This document shows positions 30,573-41,678 of a stretch of DNA of 64,000 bases, in pieces. The stretch's first letter is position 1, and every line of letters starts with the position of its first letter. The DNA is from Pedobacter sp. (lineage in GTDB: Bacteria > Bacteroidota > Bacteroidia > Sphingobacteriales > Sphingobacteriaceae), in the NCBI GenBank assembly GCA_004295885.1, contig SEDG01000001.1, positions 7,942 through 71,941 on the forward strand. The letters run 5' to 3'. Position numbers and translations under genes: made by a program. The notes under the pieces are model-generated. The model was not told where the DNA came from and ran no database searches. It saw only the letters and a list, made by a program, of their open reading frames with translations.

Positions 30573-31409
30573 TTAACTAGAATATCTTTTCTTTAACAGT
30601 GCTTTCATCCACAAGTTAACCTCCCATTGGCTGGCCACGGGTTTTCTGGTATAAGGTATGGTGGGCATATAATCTGCAGGGCCGAATTCTGGCGTGATGG
30701 TAAAGTCGGGCGTTTTTAGCTCAATTTGATTCGCGATTATTTTATCCCACCAGTTCAAATGATGGTTAACGGCGTCCCGCCACTCTGGTGCCCTGGGATC
30801 ATTTACCTGGCAAGCTTGTGGATGGCCTATTCTTGCATGCAGGTGTCCTGCCCTTTGTATGGCATTATCAAGATGTACGCCCTGGTCAGTTAGAAAAGAC
30901 TCGGAAACATTACACCAATGCGAAAAATCCGCCGTGATTCTTAGAGATGGAAACGCTTCCAGGTAAGGTTGTATGGCCGCCGCATGAAATGAGAACCTTC
31001 CCCGATGAGTTTCATGCAATATCCTCATGTCAAGCTCTTTGGCCAACTCTATGGATTCATGGATTAATGCGCAATTATCCTCAAATGATAAAAAGTCACT
31101 TCCGGTGTGTGAGTTGATGAGCAAGGGTTTAACATCTGCGGCAGATCTGATGTGCTCGCCGTAAGAGGTCATGAATTCAGCAAGTGTGTTGCCATGGGCG
31201 GCGTATTGCAAGGCAATTACCTCCATCTCATAGTCTGCCTTAAGCTTGTTGATTTCGTATTTCTGTTTGTCGTTCAATGGAATAGCCATCTCTACACCGT
31301 CGTAACCGGCATGTTTTATCTCTTCAAAAATAGCCTCCAAGGAACCTTCCAGCTGATGGACGTAATCGGGAACCATGCCCCAGATTGGGCAAAAGAAATT
31401 AATTTTCAT
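30573..31409 (-). CDS. Sugar phosphate isomerase/epimerase (xylose-isomerase-like TIM barrel)
   Basis: GYDGVE, HETHR, ADFSHW, HARIG and TPEFGP metal-binding motifs. Confidence 0.85.
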   Translation of the reverse strand: MKINFFCPIWGMVPDYVHQLEGSLEAIFEEIKHAGYDGVEMAIPLNDKQKYEINKLKADYEMEVIALQYAAHGNTLAEFMTSYGEHIRSAADVKPLLINSHTGSDFLSFEDNCALIHESIELAKELDMRILHETHRGRFSFHAAAIQPYLEAFPSLRITADFSHWCNVSESFLTDQGVHLDNAIQRAGHLHARIGHPQACQVNDPRAPEWRDAVNHHLNWWDKIIANQIELKTPDFTITPEFGPADYMPTIPYTRKPVASQWEVNLWMKALLKKRYSS

Positions 31410-31433
31410 AGTGAGTGCTGTTAAGGATGATAA

Positions 31434-32480
31434 TTATTGTCCGGTTGAATTTAGGTAACTGCCATAACCAATTACAAGTGTTGAAATGATGACGATGGCT
31501 ATCCCTGTAAATATGGTTTTCATGGTAGATGAGTTAGATCCTTTCCATTCCTTGAAATAAAGGCCCCAGAGGTTGCTAAATGTGATTACGAATGCCATAT
31601 GGATACTCCAGCTGGCGAAATCATAATCTCCCATCCTAGTAGAACCCATTCCGTAAAACATAAACTGCAGATACCATATTATGCCAGCCAGAGCAGAAAA
31701 AAAGTAATTGCTCTTCTGAAAACCGGTCTTTTTTGTGTAATCTCCAGCTGTACGGTTTCTTACGTTCAATACAATGCACCAAATGATGTTGGTTACAAAT
31801 CCCCCCATCAGTACCATGATTAAGACGGCGTTATTTTGCCACAATGGGGCAACACCTCGACTAATGGCAAGATCTGCCAGGGGTTTGCCAGCACTTAGGC
31901 CAAATGCAAAACAAGAGCTTAAAATACCTGAAAAGAGTGCGGTTAAGATGCCCTTACCGAAATTAAATTCCTTGATCGTTTCTTTCTTTTTCTCGATAGA
32001 TAATGATCGTTCCTTTAAAATTCCTGCCCATCCACAAACACCGATGCCCAAAAGGCAAATAAAAACGCCTGCCAAGGTAGTTAAGCCAGACACATTATTT
32101 AGAAGCTGTGAAAATGTCCCATAAAAAATTGGCGGTACCAGTGTGCCCAGTACTGCGCATAAGCCCAGGGTAATTGAGAAGCCTAAAGAGAAGCCCAGAT
32201 AGCGCATAGAAAGTCCGAAGGTCATACTGCCTAAGCCCCAGAGCGAACCGAAAATTAGGCACCATAACAATGTGCTTGAATCCACATCGCGGAATAGATC
32301 AAGGAGGTCGGGAATGGTAAGGTAGCCCGTTAACCATGGCATAACAATCCATGCAGCCACCCCACTAATTAGCCAAGAGCTTTCCCATGCCCAATCTTTA
32401 ACCCTTTTGAAGGGAATTAAAAAGCTGCCAGAGGCAAATCCGCCGATGGCATGCAGTAATAGGCCTAAGATAAAGTTCAT
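31434..32480 (-). CDS. rhaT: L-rhamnose/proton symporter
   Basis: GSFLIPFKRVKDWAWE, GLSMRYLG and QFMFYGMG...SWSIHM motifs; about 10 TM segments. Confidence 0.9.
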   Translation of the reverse strand: MNFILGLLLHAIGGFASGSFLIPFKRVKDWAWESSWLISGVAAWIVMPWLTGYLTIPDLLDLFRDVDSSTLLWCLIFGSLWGLGSMTFGLSMRYLGFSLGFSITLGLCAVLGTLVPPIFYGTFSQLLNNVSGLTTLAGVFICLLGIGVCGWAGILKERSLSIEKKKETIKEFNFGKGILTALFSGILSSCFAFGLSAGKPLADLAISRGVAPLWQNNAVLIMVLMGGFVTNIIWCIVLNVRNRTAGDYTKKTGFQKSNYFFSALAGIIWYLQFMFYGMGSTRMGDYDFASWSIHMAFVITFSNLWGLYFKEWKGSNSSTMKTIFTGIAIVIISTLVIGYGSYLNSTGQ

Positions 32481-32966
32481 ACTTAGATTTAAGGGTTGGT
32501 TTGGTTAGGATGCAAATCAATATAATTAATTCCAACTAAACAAAATCCAGCTGTCCACCATTTTGAATTAGGGCATTCCAAACTGTATACAAAAGATTGC
32601 GCATACTTTTTAATAACATTCTATTTAACTGATAGTGAGTATTTTAATTTATATTTTGGAATTGAATATTCAATTGAATCACACCTTAAAAATTCTTCAC
32701 CTACCTGCGAAAAAGACATATTTGGCTTTTGTGATTAAACTGATTCTGTGTATTTAAAATATGTATTTAATGTTCTGACAATCAAGATTTTAAATATGTT
32801 TATGAAAAGGGTTCAAAACCGACTATTTTGCTATTTTATCTATCCAAACTAGCCGTCCAGATTTTTTCAGAATTGCAATTCAATCCTGATTGCTTCTTAT
32901 TTGTGTCGTAGAAAATGTGAATAAGAAATTTTTAATCACTATTAGCTAACCTAACCAAATATAATT

Positions 32967-33908
32967 ATGGCAATGAACGATGTGCAAGATGTTGCGCCTT
33001 TTAAAGAGTCAACTCATTTACTTAACGACCCTCGAGAACTAAGGGCAACTGCCGAACAAGACGGCTATCTTTTTTTTAAAGCTTTATTACCTGCTGAAGC
33101 AATAGCTCAGGTACGGAAAGATGTATTTGAAATCTGTAAAAAAAATGAATTCTTGAAAGATGGGACAACGTTAACAGATGGTATCGCAGCTCCCGGATTC
33201 ATGATCTTGGAATCATCTGTTAACCCCGCCTACTTAAATTACTACAGAGAAATTCAACAACTACATTCCTTTCATGCTTTAGCTCATGATCCTAATTTAT
33301 TAAAAGCATTGAACGTGCTTTTTGATGGGGAAACGCTGGTTCACCCTTTAAAAATCTTACGTACCATTTTTCCGCAGGCGCAAAAACATACAACACCACC
33401 TCACCAGGATTATTTCCACGTAAGGGGAACTGAAAATACTTGGACAAGTTGGATTCCACTTGGCGACTGCGATAAAGAATTAGGTGGCTTAACCTTGGTT
33501 CCCGGATCGCAAAATTGGGGGTTATTACCCGAACATCCTGCCGAGGGAGCGGGTTTAATTGGAATTAATGTGCCGAGCGATTCTAAATGGGTAATTGGAG
33601 AGTTTGCTGCGGGAGATGTGTTGATGTTCCATAGCCACACCGTTCACCAGGGAATCGACAACAACTCAGCTGACAGGATCAGGTTATCCATGGACTGTAG
33701 GTTCCAGGCCTTGAGTGAGAAAAAAATTGGCCCGGTAGCCGTTAGAAGCCCACACTTACACTGTATTGATTGGGACGGCTTATATAAAAAATGGCCGGCG
33801 AACGACCCTTTAAAATATTATTGGAAGGATCTGGGTCTAGAAATTGATCAATCCGCCCCGCCAACAATTGGCACACCCGAAAATCCACACCCCACAACAA
33901 TGGGTTAG
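32967..33908 (+). CDS. PhyH-family Fe(II)/2-oxoglutarate dioxygenase
   Basis: HQD...H facial triad (PPHQDY, FHSHTVH), WIPLGD, PGS and RLS motifs. Confidence 0.85.
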   Translation: MAMNDVQDVAPFKESTHLLNDPRELRATAEQDGYLFFKALLPAEAIAQVRKDVFEICKKNEFLKDGTTLTDGIAAPGFMILESSVNPAYLNYYREIQQLHSFHALAHDPNLLKALNVLFDGETLVHPLKILRTIFPQAQKHTTPPHQDYFHVRGTENTWTSWIPLGDCDKELGGLTLVPGSQNWGLLPEHPAEGAGLIGINVPSDSKWVIGEFAAGDVLMFHSHTVHQGIDNNSADRIRLSMDCRFQALSEKKIGPVAVRSPHLHCIDWDGLYKKWPANDPLKYYWKDLGLEIDQSAPPTIGTPENPHPTTMG

Positions 33909-34069
33909 TTCAGGAAGACGTGCGTGTGAAGTTGATTTGATTTTTTCTTCACCCCATTAGTATTTAATTCGATTGTAATTGCACGGGGACAAAGTTTTGG
34001 CACCGAAATATCATTAGCGCCATGAGGTACGATTAACCGAGTGGCTATACCAACCAAATTTAAAAAGGT

Positions 34070-35101
34070 ATGTTACAACAGCAAGGTTTTAATTTTCTAA
34101 AAATAGATACCTGTTCTGCTACCCCTAAATATTTACAGGTTAGAGATAGCATAGTTTCTGCGTTAGAGTGTGGTAAACTGAAAAAAGGTGATGTTTTACC
34201 ATCTATTAATGACTTAAGTTATATTCTCGATATCTCTAGGGATACGACTGAAAAGGGCTATAGGTATCTAAAAAATACTGGGTTTATCAATTCCATACCG
34301 GGTAAAGGTTACTACATTTCCAATTCAGAGTACAAAAAAGACATCAGGGTTTGCCTACTTTTTAACAAACTCTCGGCACATAAAAAGATAATATATGATG
34401 CTTTTTCAGATGCGCTTGGCGATCAAGCTTTTATAGATTTTTACATCTATAACAATGACTATGCAATCTTCAAAAAGCTCATTAAGAGCACTAAAAACGA
34501 TTATTCACATTATGTGATCATTCCTCACTTTGTGGATGGTGGGGAAGATGCCTTTGAAATCATAGATTCTATTCCGAAGGAAAAACTATTGATCCTAGAT
34601 AAGCAAGTTCAGGGCGTTAATGGTGATTATGCTTCGATTTATGAAAATTTCGCAACAGATATCTATCAGGCGTTAACCACTGTACTGCCAAATCTATCTA
34701 AATACAGGGCCATTAAGATTGTATTCCCTAAAAAAAGCTACTATCCCAAGGAGATACTGAAAGGCATAAAGCTATTCTGTAATCAACATAGCTTCAATTA
34801 TGTGGTTGTAGATAATATGGAGAAGGAAGTGATTAACAGGGGAGACCTTTACATCAATGTGATGGAAGATGACCTTGTTCAACTGTTAGAGAAAGTCATT
34901 AATTTAGGACTTGAAGTGGGCAAGGACGTCGGAATAATTTCCTATAATGAAACCCCATTAAAGAAATACATACTCAATGGGATCACTACTGTTTCCACAG
35001 ATTTCAAAATGATGGGCTATATGGCGGCGCAAGCTGTATTAAACAATAGTAAGGCGAAACACGCAGTTCCTTTCAACATTATTCTAAGAGATTCTTTATG
35101 A
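34070..35101 (+). CDS. GntR-family regulator with periplasmic-binding-protein-like effector domain
   Basis: PKYLQV...LPSIN...SRDTTEKGY..GKGYY wHTH; C-terminal GIISYNE..ITTVSTDF. Confidence 0.9.
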   Translation: MLQQQGFNFLKIDTCSATPKYLQVRDSIVSALECGKLKKGDVLPSINDLSYILDISRDTTEKGYRYLKNTGFINSIPGKGYYISNSEYKKDIRVCLLFNKLSAHKKIIYDAFSDALGDQAFIDFYIYNNDYAIFKKLIKSTKNDYSHYVIIPHFVDGGEDAFEIIDSIPKEKLLILDKQVQGVNGDYASIYENFATDIYQALTTVLPNLSKYRAIKIVFPKKSYYPKEILKGIKLFCNQHSFNYVVVDNMEKEVINRGDLYINVMEDDLVQLLEKVINLGLEVGKDVGIISYNETPLKKYILNGITTVSTDFKMMGYMAAQAVLNNSKAKHAVPFNIILRDSL

Positions 35102-36897
35102 TTATAACTTATCAAGGAAGACATTTAAATCAAGGCCTAAAGTTTGATTTTCTAGTTAAGCTCATCAGCCTGATGACCCTGACAACAATTCTCTTTTGCC
35201 AAACCGCTCTTGCCCAAAATAAAACAGTCTTTGTTGCCGCTAGTCCAAAAGGAGAAGATGCTACGCTTTCCGTGATTAGCGCACTTAAAAAGTGCCGAGA
35301 AACCAAGGCCACGAAACTTGTTTTCACAAAGGGTACTTATACTTTCGAGCCTGACTTTGCGACGGAAAAATATGTGTTTGTAAGTAATAACGACGAGGGG
35401 TTAAAGCGCTTTGTATTTGATCTTTCGGGAATGAGAGATCTGGAAATAGATGGACAGGGTTCTCAGTTTATATTCAATGGTTTTCTTTGCCCTTTTTTAC
35501 TGCAACGCTCGAAAAGAATAACCGTAAAAAATCTATCGATTGATTTTAAGCGCACGTTTCATTCCGAAGGAACAATCATAGCTGCCTACAAGGACAGTTT
35601 AGACATTGCTTTTACCAAAGCTTACCCCTATAGCGTTCATAACAACAAGTTAATGTTTACCGGAGATCAGGTGATTGGTAAAGATAATGGAGGCGAACCT
35701 AAGCGGGTTAACTATCCATTTTGGCATCTACTGGAGTTTGATGCTATTAAACGGGAACCAGTACAAACTGCATTTGATTATCTTAATGTCCAAAATATGG
35801 TTGTAAAAGATCTCGGACCAGGACGCGTACGCATTCACTTTCCAAGATTAAAGGGTTCGATAGGCAACACCTTGATCTTTAATGCGACAGACAGATTGGT
35901 GCCAGGATTTACCATTTCCGATAGCGAGGATGTAAGTGTTCGAAACATTACAATTTTTCATGCAGGTGGAGTGGGAATACTTGCCCAGCGCACTAATAAC
36001 ATTTTAGTGGATAGTGTCAAGGTAATCGCCGCTCCAGGTAGAATGGTAAGTACCGCGGCAGATGCCACACACTTCGTGAACTGTGGTGGAAAGATAACCC
36101 TACAACATTCAACCTTCGAGAGCATGATGGATGATGCCACGAATATCCATGGGATTTATGTGAAGATCATGAAAATAATTTCACCTAATGAAGTGGTAGT
36201 AAAATTAATGCATTACCAACAATTTGGCTTCGACTTTCTTGCCCCAAATTCAAAAATTGAGATTACTGAAGCAGAAAGCCTAATAACCTATGGCGAGACA
36301 ACGGTGTTGAAGACGGAACGGTTAAACAAGGAATTTACGAGAATTACCATGAAGGACCCGCTTTCTTCCAAGGTTAAAGTGGGGGATGTAATCGCGTCAA
36401 CTGAGCAGTATCCGGACGTGTTGATGAAGAATTGTTCGGTGCAAAAAAACCGGGCTCGAGGTATCCTGTTAGGCTCAAGAGGTAAAATAGTGATTGATGG
36501 TAACTATTTTCATACCCACTGTGCCGCTATCAATTTAGAGGGTGATGGCCGATATTGGTTTGAACAATCGGGTGTAAGAGATCTGACTATTAGAAACAAT
36601 ACTTTCGACAACTGTAATTACGGTTTCATGCTGGGGTTGGGTGTTATAATGGTTAGTTCTGGTATTGAGGAGCACAAGAAAGCCGAAAGCAGATACAACA
36701 GAAATATCTTAATTGAGCGAAATACCTTCAAAATCTTCAATCCCTGTATTTTAAGTGGCTACTCGGTTGACAATCTCACTTTTCGCAACAATAAAATCGA
36801 AAAAACCACTGATTATGAGTTTTTGGATTGGTTTAAGAACATGAACCTCCAAAATTTCATGCTTACAAATTCTTCCAATCTAAAAATTGAAAAATAG
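35098..36897 (+). CDS. GH110 alpha-galactosidase (beta-helix)
   Basis: ADATHFVNCGG..DDATNIHG and NRARGIL motifs. True start may be downstream of 35098. Confidence 0.85.
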   Translation: MIITYQGRHLNQGLKFDFLVKLISLMTLTTILFCQTALAQNKTVFVAASPKGEDATLSVISALKKCRETKATKLVFTKGTYTFEPDFATEKYVFVSNNDEGLKRFVFDLSGMRDLEIDGQGSQFIFNGFLCPFLLQRSKRITVKNLSIDFKRTFHSEGTIIAAYKDSLDIAFTKAYPYSVHNNKLMFTGDQVIGKDNGGEPKRVNYPFWHLLEFDAIKREPVQTAFDYLNVQNMVVKDLGPGRVRIHFPRLKGSIGNTLIFNATDRLVPGFTISDSEDVSVRNITIFHAGGVGILAQRTNNILVDSVKVIAAPGRMVSTAADATHFVNCGGKITLQHSTFESMMDDATNIHGIYVKIMKIISPNEVVVKLMHYQQFGFDFLAPNSKIEITEAESLITYGETTVLKTERLNKEFTRITMKDPLSSKVKVGDVIASTEQYPDVLMKNCSVQKNRARGILLGSRGKIVIDGNYFHTHCAAINLEGDGRYWFEQSGVRDLTIRNNTFDNCNYGFMLGLGVIMVSSGIEEHKKAESRYNRNILIERNTFKIFNPCILSGYSVDNLTFRNNKIEKTTDYEFLDWFKNMNLQNFMLTNSSNLKIEK

Positions 36898-38245
36898 CCA
36901 CTACAGGATAAATTTACAGCTAATGTATAAACCTTATTATATCAAACCTGCTAAAAATGTCTTATCACTAATAATTACGGTACTTGTGGTTGTTTTATTT
37001 TGCTTATTGTGCAAAGAGGGAATTGCACAGACGGTAAAACTACCCACTTTTGAAGAATATGTTAAAAATGCAGTGCCAACTAGGCAAGAACTTGATATTT
37101 TCTTGGGAGGTAATGGTGTTTGGGCGAGGTATGATGCTCAGCTCGGTTATATCTTGGGAAACTCAATGCCAGTTGAAGGTATTGACAACAGCATAAACAT
37201 TTCAACTACCGATCAAAATGGATTTAGGACGATGCAGATGTATCGGAATAGGCCTTGCCGTATCAACACTTATGGCAATAGCTTCACACAATGTCAACAG
37301 GTTTCTGATGGCGAAACCTGGCAAGAGTATTTGGCTGCGCACATTGGTGAACCAATTCGTAATTTTGGAGTAGGCGGTTACGGCGTTTACCAGTCCTATG
37401 TAAGGTTATTGAGAGAGGAAAACACAAAAAATGCCGCTGATCACTTGATATTTTATGTTTGGGGAGATGATCATGTGCGAAGTTTATTGCGTTGTAGGTA
37501 TTTAGCCATAAAGCAATGGAACCAAAAGAATGAGCCAGGGTTTAAATTTCATGGCAACTTTTGGCCTAATTTGGAAATGGACTTAACCACAGGCCAATTC
37601 ATTGAAAAACCTAATCCATTGAACACAAAGAAAACATTGTATAAAATGACTGATCGTACTTGGATGTGGGAAAATGTCAAGGACGATATTGCGCTTCAAC
37701 TATTGTTATTTAAGAATAAAGAGATTGCCAATCTGAACCTAGAAAATGTGCAGAAGCTAGCTAAGCATTTACAACTTGATATCAGTTTCAAAGATCATGC
37801 AGACCTAGAGCAAAATGCCAGTTACTTGTTAGATAAATATTCGTTTGCGGCAACTAAATATATCTTGAACAAATTGAAGGTATATGCTAGCAAGAATAAT
37901 AAGAAATTACTGATCGTGCTATTTGATCCCTATCGAGTTACCAATTCCTTGGTTGAAACAGGAACAAGGTATGATGATGAAGTTGTGCGATACCTGAAGG
38001 CAGGCGAGTTCAATTTCTTTGACATGAACCTCATACATGTTGCAGACTTCAAAAAGTTTAACCTTAATTTGAAAGATTATTATGGGAGATACCTTTTAGG
38101 GCATTATAACCCTACTGGAAATCATTTTTTTGCGTATTCCATTAAAGATAAAATCATACAGTTGTTAAGCCCGAAACCAGTTACCTATAGTGGTTCCGGC
38201 CATAATTGGGTAGATTTCAAAGGATATTTACAAGGGATAAACTAA
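36887..38245 (+). CDS. Hypothetical SGNH-hydrolase-like secreted protein
   Basis: YGNSFT, NFGVGGYG and GHYNPTGNH motifs; start uncertain. Confidence 0.6.
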   Translation: MKNSHYRINLQLMYKPYYIKPAKNVLSLIITVLVVVLFCLLCKEGIAQTVKLPTFEEYVKNAVPTRQELDIFLGGNGVWARYDAQLGYILGNSMPVEGIDNSINISTTDQNGFRTMQMYRNRPCRINTYGNSFTQCQQVSDGETWQEYLAAHIGEPIRNFGVGGYGVYQSYVRLLREENTKNAADHLIFYVWGDDHVRSLLRCRYLAIKQWNQKNEPGFKFHGNFWPNLEMDLTTGQFIEKPNPLNTKKTLYKMTDRTWMWENVKDDIALQLLLFKNKEIANLNLENVQKLAKHLQLDISFKDHADLEQNASYLLDKYSFAATKYILNKLKVYASKNNKKLLIVLFDPYRVTNSLVETGTRYDDEVVRYLKAGEFNFFDMNLIHVADFKKFNLNLKDYYGRYLLGHYNPTGNHFFAYSIKDKIIQLLSPKPVTYSGSGHNWVDFKGYLQGIN

Positions 38246-38275
38246 TCAAATGCACAAAAACCTAAAACATAACGC

Positions 38276-38285
38276 TACAGGATGC
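38276..38285 (+). promoter_or_regulatory. Recurrent motif TACAGGATGC, candidate GntR operator
   Basis: Identical 10-mer also at 48739 and 50452; 62 nt upstream of the GH106 ATG. Confidence 0.45.
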
Positions 38286-38337
38286 TAAAACTATTCCCTT
38301 TATTTAAGATTGTTAATTAAATCTATCAAATCTATTT

Positions 38338-41300
38338 ATGCCTAAAAAATCATCTATTCATTTTTCATTAATTGTACTACTCAACCTGTTAATGACAGCT
38401 TCAGGAACATCTGCTCAGACGAAACAGGCGAAATTAGTTTCACTGGATGCCTTCAGGAAAGGATTTGAGGTGCCGCAAGATTCCTTAAAACCATATGTAT
38501 ATTGGTATTGGGTAAGTGACAACATTTCAAAAACAGGAATTACCAAAGATTTGGAAGCTATGGCTAAAGTAGGCATAGGTGAGGCTTTTATAGGTAACAT
38601 TGGCCTATCGACTGTTCCTTACGGTAAGGTAAAGGTTTTGAGCAAAGAATGGTGGGAACTCACCAAATTCGCTATTACAGAAGGGCAACGCTTGGGGGTT
38701 GACATCGGCATTTTTAACAGTCCAGGCTGGAGCCAATCTGGAGGGCCATGGGTAAAGCCGACTGAAGCAATGCGTTATTTAGTGTCGACGGAGGTATCAA
38801 TTACCGGAGGCAAAAATGTAAAGATGAAACTACCTGCAGTTCAGGAAGGATTTCAAGATATGGCGGTAATCGCTTATCCTGTTTCTTCCCTTCCTGAGCA
38901 GACGGTTGCAGATTTCAAACCTAGCTTAAAGTTTTCCACTACAATTAATAATGGCAATTACTTAATCGATAAAAATTTAAACACAGCCATTGCCTTTACT
39001 CCAGAAGCGAAAAAAAATGGATTGACCATAGATTTTAACCTTGAGAAAAGTTTCACGGCAAGAAGCATCACCATTCATCCAGATACGGTACAATTGTCAG
39101 CGCAGGTAGAGGTTCAAGTACTTGTTAATGGCTCTTACAAGCCTATTAGGAAGTTTCTGATGGATAGGAGCAACAATATGATCACGGTAGGCCCTAATGT
39201 TTATGGAGAAATATGCATTGCTTTGCCAGTGACGACCGCTACAAGTTTTAGGTTGGTTTTTTCTGAGTTAAATAATCCACAGGGCCAACAAAAAGTAGGG
39301 GGCATTAAAGAAATCGTCTTGTCATCTTACCCAAAGCTAGAGCGATACATTGAAAAGCAAATGGGTAAAATGCTACAAGTGCCAACGCTTTCCTGGAATG
39401 AATATTTGTGGGAAAACCAGATGGAAAATGGTAGTGCAAATATGAAAGTAAGTGCCAGTAGTGTTATTAATATCACTAAATTTTTAGATAATAATGGTGT
39501 CCTTAACTGGAATGCCCCAAAGGGAAAGTGGATAGTTAGAAGAGTCGGACTTGTGCCGACAGGCACAAAAAATGCACCAGCTTCCCCAGAAGCCACAGGG
39601 TTTGAAGTAGATAAAATGAATCGGGTTTCCTTAGAAAAACACTTCAATGCTTACTTAGGTAAGTTTTTAAAAGAATTACCTGCCGATAAGAGAAAGTCAT
39701 TCAAACATGTAGTGTTAGATAGTTATGAGGTTGGCCCCGAGAACTGGACGGAAGGTTTGGCAGAAGGCTTTAGGAAGAAATACGGTTACGATCCGATCGT
39801 TTGGTTGCCAGTCTTGTCGGGAACGATTGTTAATAGCGCCCAGGAATCAGATCGCTTTCTTTGGGACCTGAGACGGTTGATTGCTGATCGCATAGCTTAC
39901 GACTATGCTGGTGGATTAAGGGATATCAGTAAGAAAAATGGATTAAAAGTATGGTCGGAGAACTATGGGCATTGGGGTTTCCCTTCAGAATTCTTGCTTT
40001 ATGGTGGACAAGGAGGTGAAATCGCTGGTGAATTTTGGGTAGAAGGTACCTTAGGAAACGTAGAGTGTAGAGCAGCTTCTTCTGCGGCACATATATATGG
40101 CAACAACCGTGTGTTTGCCGAGAGTTATACCGCAGGTGGTTTGCCGTATCAACGCTACCCAGGTTACTTGAAAAAACGAGGAGATTGGTCTTTTACGGAA
40201 GGGATTAATCATGTGCTTTTGCATGTATATATTCATCAGCCATATGAAGATAAGGATCCAGGTATGAACGCCTGGTTTGGGACAGAGTTCAATAGGAAAA
40301 ACACTTGGTTCGAGCAGTCTAAAACCTGGATAGATTACCAACGTCGAAGCATGTTTATGTTACAACAAGGAAAGCCGGTTAATGATATTTGCTATTTTAT
40401 TGGTGAGGATGCACCGAAGTTAGCTGGTGGTAGAGATCCCGAAATTCCAACAGGTTATTCTTATGATTATATCAACGCTGATGTGATCTTAAACAAAATG
40501 ACTGTAAAAGACGGTAAACTAACGCTGCCCGATGGGATGAGCTATAGGATGATGGTTATGCCTCCATTAACGACTATTACTCCTGAACTATTGCAAAAGA
40601 TAAAGGAGTTGGTTATTGCCGGAGGGATCATCTTAGGCCCCAAGCCTACGAAGTCGCCGAGTTTAAGAAATTATCCTAACGCTGATCAAAAAGTTAGAGC
40701 ATTAGCTGATGAGTTATGGGACGATGCTAATCGAAAAGATCAAACCACGAATGCATTGGGCAAAGGATTTGTTTTGAATGATATTAGCTTAACTAGGGCA
40801 CTAGTCCAATTTCAGATCCCCCAAGACATCGTGATCCCGAACGGAAAACCATTACTATTTACGCATAGAAAAACTGCTCAAGAGGAAATCTATTTCATTA
40901 CGAACCAGAGTGACGAAAGGCAGGAAGCAACTATTACATTTAGGGTAAAAGATAAGCATCCTGAGCTCTGGGATGCCACCACAGGTACAACTAGGAAATT
41001 GCCCCAGTTTTTTTCAACTTCAACTGGCACAGCGCTTTCGTTAAAGTTTGAACCTGCTGAGAGTTATTTTATCGTGTTCGTTGCAGATGACAGTAAAACT
41101 ACTACGACTGAAAATTTCCCTCAAGCGAATTCAGTACAGGAAATCACCAGCCCATGGAGGGTTAAATTTCAAGACAATAAGCGTGGCCCAACTGCCGAAG
41201 TTGAATTTACAACCTTGCAGGACTGGTCTCATCACTCAGATGAAAAAATTAAATACTTTTCAGGCACCGCTACTTATACCAACACTTTCATAGGGAAAGC

Positions 41301-41616
41301 TCCCATATCTGGCGAGCGTATTTTTTTAGACCTTGGAGATGTAAAAAATATGGCCACGGTTAAAATCAACGGTAAAACAGTGGGTGGATTATGGACAGCG
41401 CCTTGGCGTATTGATATTACGAAATTCGTAAGCAACGGCAATAATTCAGTTGAAATTGAAGTGGTAAACCTTTGGGTTAACAGAATGATTGGAGATAGCA
41501 AACTTTCAGAAAAAGACCGACCAACATGGTTAGCCAACAATTATTTCAATCCTACAGACCCTTTAACTCCATCGGGATTATTGGGTCCAGTGCACATCAA
41601 ATTAATCAAATATTAA
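38338..41616 (+). CDS. GH106 alpha-L-rhamnosidase
   Basis: PYVYWYW, GWSQSGGPWV, LDSYE, GEFW and AESYT motifs; C-terminal GLLGPV. Confidence 0.88.
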   Translation: MPKKSSIHFSLIVLLNLLMTASGTSAQTKQAKLVSLDAFRKGFEVPQDSLKPYVYWYWVSDNISKTGITKDLEAMAKVGIGEAFIGNIGLSTVPYGKVKVLSKEWWELTKFAITEGQRLGVDIGIFNSPGWSQSGGPWVKPTEAMRYLVSTEVSITGGKNVKMKLPAVQEGFQDMAVIAYPVSSLPEQTVADFKPSLKFSTTINNGNYLIDKNLNTAIAFTPEAKKNGLTIDFNLEKSFTARSITIHPDTVQLSAQVEVQVLVNGSYKPIRKFLMDRSNNMITVGPNVYGEICIALPVTTATSFRLVFSELNNPQGQQKVGGIKEIVLSSYPKLERYIEKQMGKMLQVPTLSWNEYLWENQMENGSANMKVSASSVINITKFLDNNGVLNWNAPKGKWIVRRVGLVPTGTKNAPASPEATGFEVDKMNRVSLEKHFNAYLGKFLKELPADKRKSFKHVVLDSYEVGPENWTEGLAEGFRKKYGYDPIVWLPVLSGTIVNSAQESDRFLWDLRRLIADRIAYDYAGGLRDISKKNGLKVWSENYGHWGFPSEFLLYGGQGGEIAGEFWVEGTLGNVECRAASSAAHIYGNNRVFAESYTAGGLPYQRYPGYLKKRGDWSFTEGINHVLLHVYIHQPYEDKDPGMNAWFGTEFNRKNTWFEQSKTWIDYQRRSMFMLQQGKPVNDICYFIGEDAPKLAGGRDPEIPTGYSYDYINADVILNKMTVKDGKLTLPDGMSYRMMVMPPLTTITPELLQKIKELVIAGGIILGPKPTKSPSLRNYPNADQKVRALADELWDDANRKDQTTNALGKGFVLNDISLTRALVQFQIPQDIVIPNGKPLLFTHRKTAQEEIYFITNQSDERQEATITFRVKDKHPELWDATTGTTRKLPQFFSTSTGTALSLKFEPAESYFIVFVADDSKTTTTENFPQANSVQEITSPWRVKFQDNKRGPTAEVEFTTLQDWSHHSDEKIKYFSGTATYTNTFIGKAPISGERIFLDLGDVKNMATVKINGKTVGGLWTAPWRIDITKFVSNGNNSVEIEVVNLWVNRMIGDSKLSEKDRPTWLANNYFNPTDPLTPSGLLGPVHIKLIKY

Positions 41617-41678
41617 CTAAACACTATAGCTTAAAGTAGCGATGTAGTAATCGAAATTTTAAGATAAAATAAACACTA